Source of the DNA: an uncultured bacterium
Lineage (GTDB): Bacteria > Armatimonadota > HRBIN16
Length of the DNA stretch: 64,000 nucleotides
Assembly (NCBI GenBank): GCA_964579145.1
Contig: CAZOGB010000002.1
Coordinates: forward strand, 592-64,591
Reading direction: 5' to 3'
The notes beneath the pieces are model-generated. The model was not told the origin of the DNA and searched no databases. It saw only the letters and a program-made list of their open reading frames with translations. The translations under genes and the position numbers were made by a program. Within the stretch, counting starts at the first letter, position 1; every line of letters starts with the position of its first letter. Positions 8,199 through 18,258 of the stretch are shown piece after piece.

Positions 8199-10691
8199 AT
8201 GAAACTGCAGCTGTTATGGACGCTAGTGATCACCTTGTTTTGTGCCGCTGCAGGAAGCGCACAGGTGTTGCGAGAGTGTCTGGTACTACCTCTGGAAGGT
8301 GGGATGTCACGGGCGGTAGTGTACACCGACCCCGTTCAGGCGATGCTGGTGTCGGGGACATGGACCGCTCCAAAGGCTGGCGACACTGTAACCTTCCCCG
8401 ACGGCTCTACCCGGCAATGGGAAGCAATCACGGCGAACGCTGATGGCTGGTTTGAGCACCCCGCCCTGCGCAATGGATATGCCTTTATTGCGGTTTCTTC
8501 GGAGCGAGAGAAGGTTGTTCTGCTGGAGTCCTCAGGAAGCGTGACGGTCATCGTGAACGGCGAGCCGCGCGTGGGCGATGTGTACGGGCATGGGTATGTG
8601 CGAATACCTTGCCAGTTGAAGGCGGGCGAAAACCATCTGCTGTTCCGAACCAGTCGGCTGGGCAGACTGACGGCAAAGCTTTCCAACCCCTCGGAAGAGG
8701 TTCTGCTGGATGTGCGCGATGCTACCCTGCCTGACCTGGTGGTGGGAGATGGCTCTGATGTCTGGATGGGCATTGTGGTCATCAACGCCTCCACGCAGAG
8801 CCAGAAAGGGCTGTTTATCCTTGCGAACCATGAGGGAGGACGTACCGTAGAGAGCGCGGTTCCCGATTTGCCCCCGCTCAGCGTGTCCAAAGTGCCCGTA
8901 AGGCTTCGGGTATCCCCGCCGCAGTCAGCAGGCGTGGGCAAGGTACAGCTGCGCCTGATGCGCAGAGAGGGAAAAGAGCGATACACCCTGAGCACCGCCG
9001 AAGTGACCCTGCGCATTCGGGAGCCTCATGAATCGCAAAAGCGCAGCTTTATCAGCGCGATTGACGGCAGTGTGCAGTACTATGCGGTTCTGCCCGCGCA
9101 GAAGGTGGTCAAAGACTCGCCACCACCTGCTCTCGTACTGACCCTGCACGGCGCCGGGGTGGAGGCTATCGGGCAGGTGGATGCCTATTCGCCCAAGAGC
9201 TGGGCGGTGCTTGTTGCGCCTACGAACCGACGCCCCTTCGGCTTCAATTGGGAGGACTGGGGACGGCTCGATGCGCTGGAGGTGCTGGATCTGGCGCAAA
9301 AACAGTGGCGCACCGACCCCTATCGCGTCTACCTGACAGGACACTCGATGGGTGGGCACGGAACATGGCAGGTTGGACTGACGCACCCCGACCGGTTCGC
9401 CGCGATTGCGCCAAGTGCCGGGTGGGTGAGCATCTGGACGTATGCCACCAGCGCGCGGCTTGGACAGCGCGAACGCCCCGCCGATGAAAAGACCGACCCG
9501 ATGGAGGAGTTCCTTCTGCGCTGTGCCTCGCCGAGCGATACCCTCGCGCTGGCGCGAAATAGCTTTCTGCAGGGGGTGTATGTCCTGCACGGTGACGCCG
9601 ACGATAACGTTCCCATCACGCAGGCGCGCATGATGCGTGAAAAGCTAAGCGAATTTCACCGCGATTTTGAATACTACGAACAGCCGGGCGCGGGGCACTG
9701 GTGGGACGTTTCGGATGAGCCGGGCGTGGACTGCGTGGACTGGCTTCCTATTTTTGACTTCTTCGCGCGGCACCGCCTGCCCACTCGCGACAGCGTAAGG
9801 CGCGTCGAGTTCACCACGATGAGCCCGGGCGTATCCGCAAAGTGCCACTGGGTGAGCATCGAAATGCAGGAACAGCCCATGAAGCCCAGCTCGGTGAACC
9901 TGCGCTATGACCCGGGCAAGAGGCGTTTCGTGGGCACTACCAGCAACATCGCACGGCTTGCGCTGAGCCTGGAGCATATGAAACCAGGTGCACCCCTCAG
10001 CGTGGAACTGGATGGGCAGGTCATCGGCAATATCTCCTATCCGGCGCAACAGCGGCAGATATGGTTGCTGAAGGAGGGCGGACAGTGGAAGCTTTCCGCC
10101 GCGCCAGACCCGAAGCTGAAATCGCCCCAGCGCTACGGCGGTTTTAAGAGCGCGTTTAGCAACCGACCGGTGCTGGTGTACGGCACGAAGGGCACTCCCG
10201 AAGAAAACGCCTGGGCGCTGGCGAAGGCGCGGTTCGATTCCGAACAGTTCTGGTATCGCGGCAATGCCACCTTTGAGATTATCGCTGATGTGGAGTTCCA
10301 GCCCGACCGCTACCGCGACCGCAACATTATCCTGTACGGCAACGCTGACACCAACGCCGCGTGGCAGTTGCTGTTAGGCGATGGCCCCGTTCAGGTGCGC
10401 CGCGGAAGCGTCAACATCGGCAGTCGGGCGATTGCGGGAGAAAACCTCGCCTGCCTGTTTGTTCGCCCGCGGGCTGGTTCCGCCACAGCGCTGGTCGGGG
10501 CGGTCGCGGGGACCGGTATCGCTGGGCTTCGCCTCACCGACCGCCTGCCGTACTTCACCGCCGGCGCGGGCTTTCCAGACTGTCTGGTACTGTCCACAGA
10601 TATGCTAACTAAAGGCATGGAAGGTGTGCTGGCAGGAGGCTTCTTCGGCGAGGACTGGAGCGTAGACCGCGGCGAGTTCCTCTGGCGATAG
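8199..10691 (+). CDS. secreted alpha/beta-hydrolase (S9 peptidase/esterase-like) with an N-terminal beta-rich domain
   Basis: Signal peptide MKLQLLWTLVITLFCAAAGSA; GHSMGGHG nucleophile elbow; an LHGDADDNVP acid/His segment typical of dienelactone-hydrolase/S9 folds; 830 aa. Confidence 0.55.
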   Translation: MKLQLLWTLVITLFCAAAGSAQVLRECLVLPLEGGMSRAVVYTDPVQAMLVSGTWTAPKAGDTVTFPDGSTRQWEAITANADGWFEHPALRNGYAFIAVSSEREKVVLLESSGSVTVIVNGEPRVGDVYGHGYVRIPCQLKAGENHLLFRTSRLGRLTAKLSNPSEEVLLDVRDATLPDLVVGDGSDVWMGIVVINASTQSQKGLFILANHEGGRTVESAVPDLPPLSVSKVPVRLRVSPPQSAGVGKVQLRLMRREGKERYTLSTAEVTLRIREPHESQKRSFISAIDGSVQYYAVLPAQKVVKDSPPPALVLTLHGAGVEAIGQVDAYSPKSWAVLVAPTNRRPFGFNWEDWGRLDALEVLDLAQKQWRTDPYRVYLTGHSMGGHGTWQVGLTHPDRFAAIAPSAGWVSIWTYATSARLGQRERPADEKTDPMEEFLLRCASPSDTLALARNSFLQGVYVLHGDADDNVPITQARMMREKLSEFHRDFEYYEQPGAGHWWDVSDEPGVDCVDWLPIFDFFARHRLPTRDSVRRVEFTTMSPGVSAKCHWVSIEMQEQPMKPSSVNLRYDPGKRRFVGTTSNIARLALSLEHMKPGAPLSVELDGQVIGNISYPAQQRQIWLLKEGGQWKLSAAPDPKLKSPQRYGGFKSAFSNRPVLVYGTKGTPEENAWALAKARFDSEQFWYRGNATFEIIADVEFQPDRYRDRNIILYGNADTNAAWQLLLGDGPVQVRRGSVNIGSRAIAGENLACLFVRPRAGSATALVGAVAGTGIAGLRLTDRLPYFTAGAGFPDCLVLSTDMLTKGMEGVLAGGFFGEDWSVDRGEFLWR

Positions 10692-10692
10692 T

Positions 10693-11202
10693 TCAGGCAA
10701 GCTGCGATTCGAGAAACTGCTGGAAGCGTGATAGGTCCTCCTGCACGATGCTCCAGCGATCGAACACTGCCTGCCTCAACTGCGCCACCCGTTGAGGGTC
10801 CAGAGTGTAAGTGTAGGAATGGCGAAACACATGGCGGAAGCCTCGCAGGTCGTCCAGCAGTTTGAAACTGTCGGAAGAGACCAACCGTGGGCGTATCGTT
10901 GGCACATCAATGCTCATGCGCCGTAACAGGTCCCGATGGTAGCTTCCGCCCGGTTCCAGCTGATTCTCAAATGCGCTGGCGACCTCCTCGAACAGGTCTT
11001 CTACAGCCGAATACAGGTTGTGCAGGTAGTAACCTGTGACGACAACGCGCTCCTGATTATCCGGCTGGGTCGCCTGAAGGCTCTGCAGGATGTTATCGAT
11101 GACCTGCATCTGGTTCTGAAAGTAGCCCAGTAACAGGGCGATTGCCTCGCGCTTCACAGAATCCTCAGCCCCCTCTGGATAATCTGCTCCCTGAACAGGC
11201 AT
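10693..11202 (-). CDS. hepT: HepT-like HEPN toxin (DUF86 / nucleotidyltransferase substrate-binding family)
   Basis: Rx4HxY motif (RHVFRHSY) near the C-terminus; immediately downstream of, and overlapping, the MntA-like gene. Confidence 0.65.
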   Translation of the reverse strand: MPVQGADYPEGAEDSVKREAIALLLGYFQNQMQVIDNILQSLQATQPDNQERVVVTGYYLHNLYSAVEDLFEEVASAFENQLEPGGSYHRDLLRRMSIDVPTIRPRLVSSDSFKLLDDLRGFRHVFRHSYTYTLDPQRVAQLRQAVFDRWSIVQEDLSRFQQFLESQLA

Positions 11203-11498
11203 TTCTCCAGTTCAATTAGGTCAACGTCCCTGTCCAGCAGGGCTTCCAGCTCCACAAGGGTACGAAAATAATCGCCCTCAAAGCCCTCCACCGCCACGTC
11301 GATATCAGAAAAGGAGTGAAATCTGCCCTCCGTGAGCACCGAGCCGGTCAGGTAAACCGCTTTGACATTCTTGTCAGCGAAGTAGTCGCGCAGGGCTTCA
11401 ACCGCCTTGGCGAGTACCTGCTGGCGAACCCGTTCGCGCTCGGCATACTTCTCCTGCAAACGCTTTTCCCAGAGTGAAATATCGTACATCAGCACCAT
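11154..11498 (-). CDS. mntA: MntA-like minimal nucleotidyltransferase antitoxin
   Basis: 114 aa; Pol-beta NTase motif LTGSVLTEGRFHSFSDIDVAV (GS...DxD); start trimmed to the ATG at 11498; the 5' part of the track ORF is non-coding. Confidence 0.7.
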   Translation of the reverse strand: MVLMYDISLWEKRLQEKYAERERVRQQVLAKAVEALRDYFADKNVKAVYLTGSVLTEGRFHSFSDIDVAVEGFEGDYFRTLVELEALLDRDVDLIELEKCLFREQIIQRGLRIL

Positions 11499-11576
11499 CT
11501 CCCTGCACCCTGATTTTGCCACAGGTGGAGACAGGATGTCAAACAGTTCTGGTATAATGAAAACACATGCCCACAG

Positions 11577-12308
11577 GTGAGGGTGGTGATCCGAGTGAGT
11601 GTGACGCAACCCAAAACGCAACCTGAAACCGAAACCATCTATCCAGAAAGTGACGGAAAGCCGTTGGCGGACAATACGAAACAGTTTCGCTGGATACTGT
11701 ACATCTACACCGGTGTCGCCAGTCTTTTCAAGGACGACCCCAATGTGTTTATCGCCGGCGACCTGCTGTGGTATCCTGTGGAAGGCGATAACAAAACCCG
11801 CACCGCGCCTGATGTGATGGTGGCTTTCGGCAGACCCAAGGGCGACCGCCCCTCCTACAAGCAATGGGAGGAGGACAACATCCCGCCGCAGGTGGTGTTC
11901 GAAGTGCTCTCTCCCGGCAACCGCCTGAGCGAGCTGATTGAGAAGTTCCTGTTCTACCAGCGGTTCGGCGTGGAGGAGTATTACGTGTATGACCCGGACA
12001 CCGGACGCCTGGACGGATGGATTCGCGAGGGCAACGAACTGCGCCCCATTGAGAACATGGAAGGCTGGGTCAGTCCCCGCTTGGGCATTCGCTTCATGAC
12101 GCGAGGGAGCGACCTCGTGCTGATTCGCCCCGACGGGCTGCCGTTCGTGAACCCGGAGGAGCTGGAGTCATTGCTGACTGAGGCGCAAAAGCGGGCGGAG
12201 GAAGCGGAAACCAGAGCACAGGAAGCAGAGGCACGGGCGAGGGATGCAGAGGTTAGGGCAGAACGACTGGCGCAAAAGCTACGAGAGCTGGGCGTCGAGC
12301 CAGAGTAA
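11577..12308 (+). CDS. Uma2-family endonuclease (DUF820) with a C-terminal coiled-coil tail
   Basis: YPESDGKPLADNTKQFRWI N-terminal signature of Uma2/PD-(D/E)xK putative restriction endonucleases; an A/E/R-rich coiled coil at the C-terminus; an extended -10 (TGgTATAAT) at 11550-11558. Confidence 0.7.
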   Translation: MRVVIRVSVTQPKTQPETETIYPESDGKPLADNTKQFRWILYIYTGVASLFKDDPNVFIAGDLLWYPVEGDNKTRTAPDVMVAFGRPKGDRPSYKQWEEDNIPPQVVFEVLSPGNRLSELIEKFLFYQRFGVEEYYVYDPDTGRLDGWIREGNELRPIENMEGWVSPRLGIRFMTRGSDLVLIRPDGLPFVNPEELESLLTEAQKRAEEAETRAQEAEARARDAEVRAERLAQKLRELGVEPE

Positions 12309-12310
12309 GG

Positions 12311-13015
12311 CTATTCCAGCATCTGCGCCAATTGCACCGCACGTGCAAAGACGCTGTTCAGCATCTCGCGGGTAAGCTTGCCGGTGAAGGTGTTTTGCTG
12401 ACTGGGATGGTAACTGCACAACAGCCAGCGACCGTCTCTAAGTGGTAGCTCTGCCCCATGAGCGAACGCCGATGGCTTCCACGAGTGATCTAAGCCTATA
12501 TCCTTCAGTGCCCGCAGTGTCCACTCAAAAGCCACTCGCCCCAGCACCACAATGACCCTCCATCCATGCACGCACCGGAGAGTGGCTTTCATCCAGTGCT
12601 GGCAGTTCTGCAGTTCTTCGCGGGTGGGCTTATTGGCAGGCGGGACACAGTGCGCCACGGCGGTGATAAACGCATCGCGCAGTTCCAGCCCGTCGTCCCG
12701 CTGGGTGCTGGTAGGCTGATTGGCTAAGCCTGCTTCGTATAGCGCCCGAAACAGCCAGTTGCCGCTCTCGTCGCCGGTGAAGATGCGCCCGGTCCGGTTG
12801 CCTCCGTGAGCTGCTGGCGCCAGCCCGACCACCAGTATTCTTGCATCAGGGTCGCCGAAGTTTGGCACAGGCTTGCCCCAGTACTCCCAGTCGCGATAGG
12901 CACGGCGTTTCGTCTGTGCCACCTGCCTGATATAGTCCACCAGCCGGGGGCACTTCTCGCAGGCGGTGATTGCCACGTTCAGCTTGCGTGCGCACCTGCC
13001 TCCGTCCCCTACCAT
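12311..13015 (-). CDS. uracil-DNA glycosylase, family 5 (UdgB-type, Fe-S)
   Basis: GLAPAAHGGNRTGRIFTGDESG motif (the GLAPA variant that defines family 5) and CEKCPRL cluster cysteines; start trimmed to the ATG at 13015 to remove an Arg-rich antisense extension. Confidence 0.7.
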   Translation of the reverse strand: MVGDGGRCARKLNVAITACEKCPRLVDYIRQVAQTKRRAYRDWEYWGKPVPNFGDPDARILVVGLAPAAHGGNRTGRIFTGDESGNWLFRALYEAGLANQPTSTQRDDGLELRDAFITAVAHCVPPANKPTREELQNCQHWMKATLRCVHGWRVIVVLGRVAFEWTLRALKDIGLDHSWKPSAFAHGAELPLRDGRWLLCSYHPSQQNTFTGKLTREMLNSVFARAVQLAQMLE

Positions 13016-13941
13016 CGCTTCACCTCCACCTGCGACAACAGGTCGCGAATCTGCTCTGCCGCGCCGATATCGGAGCCGTCGGTCATGGCGGTCGCGGCGC
13101 CCGCTGCGGTGCCCCAACGGATGGCTTCCTCGACCCCTCCGCCGCGAATCAGCACGCTCAAAAAGCCCGCTATCATCGAATCGCCCGAACCGATAGTGCT
13201 GATGGCTTTGACCTTCGGAGGTATCGCGTACCAGCAGCCTTCCCCGCTGGCTACCGCCGCGCCCTTCTCGCCGATAGAGACGATAACCACCTGCGTACCT
13301 CGCTGGTGCAGTTCCTGCGCAGCGCGGGCGGCGTCCTCTATGGTGTCAATGGGGCGACCCAGCAGGCGTTCTGTCTCCGTCTCGTTGGGCTTGATCAGGA
13401 AGGGCTGGGCAGTTAAGCCCTGTATCAGCGGCTCGCCGTCGGCGTCCAGTACCACCTTGGCGCCTCCGAACTGTCCAATGCGAGCGAGGGTTGCATAGAT
13501 ATCGGTGGGAACTCCCGGCGGCAGGCTACCGCCCAGCGCAACGAACTCCGCTTCGCGAGCCAGCAACGCCACTGTGTCCAGAAGCCCCTGCAGTTCCTCT
13601 GCCGACACTTGCGGTCCGCGCTCGTTAAGACAGGTGGGCGGTGAACCGTCCTCCTCCTGAATGGCGAGGTTGATGCGGGTATCGCCCTGCACCCACACGA
13701 AGTCGCAGGGGATGCCCTCCTGCTCCTGTAGTTCGCGCTGGATGTAGCGACCTGTTCGCCCTCCCAGAAAACCTGTTGCGGTCACGGGCACGTCCAAGCG
13801 CTTCAGCACCCGTGCTACGTTCACGCCCTTTCCGCCGACGTCCTCCTCTATTTTCAGGATGCGGTTGGTATCGTGTGCCACCAGCTGCTTGACGTAGATG
13901 AGCCGGTCTACCGAAGGGTTCAATGTGACGGTGAGGATCAT
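13009..13941 (-). CDS. 1-phosphofructokinase / tagatose-6-phosphate kinase (PfkB family)
   Basis: Ribokinase/pfkB signatures: GGKGxNVA at the N-terminus and a TIGSGDSMIAGF anion hole. Confidence 0.7.
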   Translation of the reverse strand: MILTVTLNPSVDRLIYVKQLVAHDTNRILKIEEDVGGKGVNVARVLKRLDVPVTATGFLGGRTGRYIQRELQEQEGIPCDFVWVQGDTRINLAIQEEDGSPPTCLNERGPQVSAEELQGLLDTVALLAREAEFVALGGSLPPGVPTDIYATLARIGQFGGAKVVLDADGEPLIQGLTAQPFLIKPNETETERLLGRPIDTIEDAARAAQELHQRGTQVVIVSIGEKGAAVASGEGCWYAIPPKVKAISTIGSGDSMIAGFLSVLIRGGGVEEAIRWGTAAGAATAMTDGSDIGAAEQIRDLLSQVEVKRW

Positions 13942-14008
13942 GCTTCCTTAGTGCCTCCTGCAGTTCAGAGCCTGGATGCGCGAAATCATTGTCTCCTACT
14001 ATCCCCTC

Positions 14009-14971
14009 TCACGATGCCAGCACCTCGTTCAGCTTCAGAAGGCTTTCGTCCAGCACACGAGGCTCCTCCCAGGACAGGCGCAGGGGAACCGCTACCACCT
14101 CGCTTCCGCGCAGGGCGGTCATCATGCCGCTCTCGCCTTTCAGCAGCAGATCTACCGCTAGCGCACCGAAACGACTGCCAATGATGCGGTCGGTAGCTGT
14201 CGGAGAGCCTCCACGCTGGGTATAGCCCAGCACCGTCGCCCGCACCTCTTCGCGCAGGTACATCTCCACAAAGGTCGCCACCTCCGACGCTTTAGCTGCG
14301 CCCTCTGCCGTGACGATAATGGCGGACCTTTTGCCTCGAGCCATGCCTTGCTTCAGCCGCTCGCAAATCTGCACGGGGTCAAACGGGAGTTCGGGCACCA
14401 GGATGGCTTCTGCGCCGCCTGCCAGCCCCACCGCCGCCGCGATGAATCCGCGCGACCGCCCCATCACCTCAATCACGAAGATGCGCTCGAAGCTGTCGGC
14501 AGTATCGCGAATCTTGTCAATAGCATCCATCGCCACCTGCAGGGCGGTATCGTAACCCAGCGTGTATTCGGTTCCGCCGATGTCGTTGTCGATAGTGGCG
14601 GGAATACCTACGACGCAGATTCCGGCAACCTCCTCCAGTCGCGCCGCGCCGCGAAACGAGCCGTCGCCACCGATAACCACCAGCCCCTCGATACCCTGCT
14701 CGTGCAATGCTTTCGCGGCTGTTTGCAAGCCTTCTTCCGTCTTGAAGCGTTCACTGCGTGCGGTGCGCAGGATAGTGCCGCCGCGATTGATGATTCCGCC
14801 TACTGATGACATGTCCATCTTCCTAAACCAGCCGTTCAACAGACCTTCATAGCCTCTCTCAATGCCTACCACTTCCAGCCCGTTCACAATGGCAGTACGT
14901 ACCACCGCGCGCAGAGCAGGGTTCATGCCCGCGGCGTCGCCGCCGCTGGTTAACACCCCGATCCGTTTCAT
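14009..14971 (-). CDS. pfkA: ATP-dependent 6-phosphofructokinase
   Basis: MKRIGVLTSGGDAAGMNPALRAVVR... is the canonical PfkA N-terminus; start at the ATG at 14971 with a GAAGGGGGG RBS. Confidence 0.85.
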   Translation of the reverse strand: MKRIGVLTSGGDAAGMNPALRAVVRTAIVNGLEVVGIERGYEGLLNGWFRKMDMSSVGGIINRGGTILRTARSERFKTEEGLQTAAKALHEQGIEGLVVIGGDGSFRGAARLEEVAGICVVGIPATIDNDIGGTEYTLGYDTALQVAMDAIDKIRDTADSFERIFVIEVMGRSRGFIAAAVGLAGGAEAILVPELPFDPVQICERLKQGMARGKRSAIIVTAEGAAKASEVATFVEMYLREEVRATVLGYTQRGGSPTATDRIIGSRFGALAVDLLLKGESGMMTALRGSEVVAVPLRLSWEEPRVLDESLLKLNEVLAS

Positions 14972-14985
14972 GCTGTCACCCCCCT

Positions 14986-15993
14986 TCACAGGCTTTCCAG
15001 AAGTTTTGCCACCTCGGCATCCGTGGGCAGAGCGGGAATGGCTCCCGGGCGCGTTGCGGTCAACGCCCCCGCGGCATTGGCATACTGAAAGGTGCGCTGG
15101 AGGTCAGTAACGCTCAGGTTACGGATGGAGTCGCGCCCTCGAGCTCGCTTGCGCAACTGCACCAGCATCGCTGCCACAAAGGCGTCACCGCAACCAACGG
15201 TCTCCACCACCTCCACCGGTATCCCAGCCACTGCACTACTGTGCAACGGCGTGGCGTAGTAACACCCCTTCTCCCCCAGGGTGACGGCAATCAGCACCAG
15301 CTGCGGAAAGCGGTTGAACAGGTGGGTCACCGCCACTTCTGGAGTGCGAACTCCGGTCAGGAAATGCAGTTCGGTCTCATTCAGCTTCACCACATCGGCG
15401 TAACGCAGCCCTGTTTCCATCTGCTCCCTGCCTTCATCCTCATTGCGCCACAGGGCGGGACGCATGTTGGGGTCGTAGGAGATAACCGCCCCGGCCTCGC
15501 GGGCAATCTGCAAAGCGTACAGCGTGGCACTGCGCACGGGTTCGTCCAGCAGGGAGATGGAGCCGAAATGGAAGATGCGTGCCCGCCGAACTCGATGTGT
15601 ATCCACATCGCCCGGCTCATACAGCATATCCGCGCTGGGGTTGCGGTAGAAGATGAACTCCGGCACTCCCTCCGCGGTCAGCGAAACGAAGGCGAGCGCG
15701 GTTCGTGCGGTGTCGTCAAAGCGCATACCGCCCACGTCCACGCCGTTTGCCATTAGGGTATCGCGCAGAAGGTAGCCGAACGGGTCATTGCCGACTTTAC
15801 CCAGGAACGCGCTGCGTACGCCCAGTTTTGCCACGCCAGCGGCAACGTTCGCGGGCGCACCGCCGGGTGCAGGGGAGAAACCTTTCGCCTCCTGAATCTT
15901 TACCCCCTTCTGCTGGGCAACCATGTCAATTAACGCCTCGCCGAGGCACACAACCTCCGCCAACTCAAACCCTCCTTCCCCAGTGAACCACAT
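14986..15993 (-). CDS. PfkB-family sugar kinase (fructokinase-like)
   Basis: Ribokinase fold motifs (GGAPANVAAG; GCGDAFVAAML); adjacent to pfkA. Confidence 0.7.
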   Translation of the reverse strand: MWFTGEGGFELAEVVCLGEALIDMVAQQKGVKIQEAKGFSPAPGGAPANVAAGVAKLGVRSAFLGKVGNDPFGYLLRDTLMANGVDVGGMRFDDTARTALAFVSLTAEGVPEFIFYRNPSADMLYEPGDVDTHRVRRARIFHFGSISLLDEPVRSATLYALQIAREAGAVISYDPNMRPALWRNEDEGREQMETGLRYADVVKLNETELHFLTGVRTPEVAVTHLFNRFPQLVLIAVTLGEKGCYYATPLHSSAVAGIPVEVVETVGCGDAFVAAMLVQLRKRARGRDSIRNLSVTDLQRTFQYANAAGALTATRPGAIPALPTDAEVAKLLESL

Positions 15994-16168
15994 CCATAAG
16001 ATTATCCCGATGAGAGGTGGTGTCCTTTTTGCCCTGATAGTTGACGCCTCTGGCGGAGAGAGGGCTAACTACCCTGTTTGACTTCGGTGCACTGGTGGCA
16101 CCGTTTGGAAGCCTGCCCGGGGATGCCAGCTGGGATCCCAACGCCGACATGGACGGCGACGAGTAGCG

Positions 16169-17092
16169 CTATGAGTCTGTGGAGGAGGCACGCTCCGCCT
16201 CATCAGACGGGACGGATTGCCTGGGCGGGGGCAGCACGTGCGTTGCCTCCTCCAGCATCTGACGGTAGATTTTTTCTTTTTCTTTCTTGCTGAGCTGTTC
16301 GCCCGTTGTCCAGAACCAGTACGCGCTCTTGCCCACCACGTAGGTGCCGGCGTAAGCGATGGCTCCTTTAACCAGCACCCCTACCCCGCCCGGCACAATT
16401 CCCACGAACTCCCGGGCAAGCGACCGCCAGCCCATCGCTCCCGCTACCACCGGCACAATCTCTCTGAGCCTATCGCGCGTGTGATACGGCAGACCCAGCG
16501 CCGCCGCGATTTTGAGCAACAGCAGTATCTGGTTTTTCGTCAGCAGGACAATATCTGCCACCGCAGCAGGCGGGAGGAACGCGCTGGCTATCGGGATGAC
16601 GCCCGGTATTGCCGAGAGCATGGCAATCTGCCCGTTCACCCGCGAAGCTTCCCTGATGAGATGCTCTGTCGCGGGCTCGCGAAAGAGAGGAAACCGCCTC
16701 GCCAGGGCGATTGCCAGACCGGGCATGTCGGTGATGATGCGCCTGGCGACCTGTAGGCTCTGCTCGGGCAGGAGCCACTGGTAGTGCTCGCCGAGGATCG
16801 TCTCGGTGCCTCCGCCACAGTCGATAACGATATCGGCTGGCTCGTCGGGCAGATCTGTGGAGCATATCAGATGCTGGCGCGAGCGGTCGCGCTCTGCCGC
16901 AGATAGCCCCTCCAGCAGTTGTTCGCTCACGTCGTGCGTGCGCGTTGGGCTACCCACCAATGCAATACGGAACGGTTTTTCGGCGAGCTCCCGTATCTCC
17001 TCGGTGGAAAGCTCTTTGCTGATTTGCAGTATCTCGCGGATATTACGAGCCAACCTGCCCATCCTTCGCAAAGGTATCACCCCAATCCACAT
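16169..17092 (-). CDS. hypothetical protein, DUF697-like (degenerate GTPase-like N-terminus plus amphipathic C-terminus)
   Basis: ALVGSPTRTHDV resembles a G1 region but lacks the GKS/T; the C-terminal AIPGVIPIASAFLP...LLLLKIAAALGLPY resembles DUF697; last gene of the gyrA operon. Confidence 0.4.
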   Translation of the reverse strand: MWIGVIPLRRMGRLARNIREILQISKELSTEEIRELAEKPFRIALVGSPTRTHDVSEQLLEGLSAAERDRSRQHLICSTDLPDEPADIVIDCGGGTETILGEHYQWLLPEQSLQVARRIITDMPGLAIALARRFPLFREPATEHLIREASRVNGQIAMLSAIPGVIPIASAFLPPAAVADIVLLTKNQILLLLKIAAALGLPYHTRDRLREIVPVVAGAMGWRSLAREFVGIVPGGVGVLVKGAIAYAGTYVVGKSAYWFWTTGEQLSKKEKEKIYRQMLEEATHVLPPPRQSVPSDEAERASSTDS

Positions 17093-18188
17093 AAGGTCGC
17101 AGGTACTCTTTCAGTTCGCTCACTGCCTGCTCGGTGAACTGTCGGCTGGTTTCCATCATGCGCTCCGGCAATGCGGGTGGCGTGCTGTCGCGCAGCGTCT
17201 GCACCTCATCGTAAAGCGCGAACTGCGGTGGTATCTGATTGGGCACCGGCACGCCCTTCAGCGTGGCTAACGCCATCGTCCACATCCGCGTGACCGCTGT
17301 CAGCGAATAACCACCGCCGCCTGTCGCCACGATTGGCAGTCCCTGCTCTACCACCCATTGCACCGCCCGCAGCCAGCCCTGCGTGGTCAGCGAGACGTGG
17401 GCTAACGGGTCCGTGTAGTGCGGGTCTGCGCCCATCTGCAGAACGACCACTTCAGGCTGGAACCAGCGGAACAGTGTCGGCACCACCTGCTGAAACGCCC
17501 ACCACCATATTTCGTCGTCCGCATAGCGTCCCAGCGCGATGTTTGCCGAGGCGCCGCGCCCCTCTCCCGCTCCAATCTCGTCGGGATGCCCCGTTCCCGG
17601 AAAGAGGAACCTGCCCGACTCGTGAATGGAGATGGTCAGCACCTGCGGGTCGCGGTAATACAGCCACTGTACCCCGTCGCCGTGGTGCACGTCTATATCC
17701 AGATAGACAATCCGGCGGTATTTTTGTTTCAGCACGTGGATGGCGACCGCCGGGTCGTTGAAAATACAGAAGCCCGCTGCTTCCTCCCTGCGTGCATGAT
17801 GCAGTCCGCCCGCCAGGTTTACCGCCACCTGTGCGCCGTCCATGACCGCCTGCGCCGCGGCGACAGACGCCCCCACCACTGCCAACGAGGCTTCAAACAT
17901 GCCGCGAAACGGCGGGTTATCTCCGCTCGCGAAGCCGAACTCGTGATAGCCCGGCACGTGCTTGCCCTCGCTCAGCGCCTGTACCACCTGTACGTATCGT
18001 GGCGAGTGTACCTGGGCGACCAGTTCCGGCTCAGCAGGTGAAGCCTCCACAATATCCTCCTCGTGCAGAACACCCAGCATCCGCGCCAGCTCCTGCGAGA
18101 GCGTTACTCGTTCGGGGCGCAAGGGGTGATAGGCGGAAAAACTGTAGCGCTCTACCCCAGGGCAAACTATATACACGAAGGTTCTCAT
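17043..18188 (-). CDS. histone deacetylase-family protein (AcuC/acetoin utilisation-like)
   Basis: HDAC class motifs: GFCIFNDPAVA, DIDVHHGDG and GGGGY. Confidence 0.75.
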   Translation of the reverse strand: MRTFVYIVCPGVERYSFSAYHPLRPERVTLSQELARMLGVLHEEDIVEASPAEPELVAQVHSPRYVQVVQALSEGKHVPGYHEFGFASGDNPPFRGMFEASLAVVGASVAAAQAVMDGAQVAVNLAGGLHHARREEAAGFCIFNDPAVAIHVLKQKYRRIVYLDIDVHHGDGVQWLYYRDPQVLTISIHESGRFLFPGTGHPDEIGAGEGRGASANIALGRYADDEIWWWAFQQVVPTLFRWFQPEVVVLQMGADPHYTDPLAHVSLTTQGWLRAVQWVVEQGLPIVATGGGGYSLTAVTRMWTMALATLKGVPVPNQIPPQFALYDEVQTLRDSTPPALPERMMETSRQFTEQAVSELKEYLRPYVDWGDTFAKDGQVGS

Positions 18189-18258
18189 CGGTGGAAACCC
18201 TTATCCATAATGTCCAGCAATAGTTTCGCCCGGCGCACACCGAGTCCTGGCGCTCGCC

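Noticed and set aside
16080-16105. Plus-strand hairpin CGGTGC-ACTGGTG-GCACCG followed by TTT
   Set aside because: There is no plus-strand gene upstream to terminate. It lies in the promoter region of the minus-strand fructokinase gene and is probably incidental
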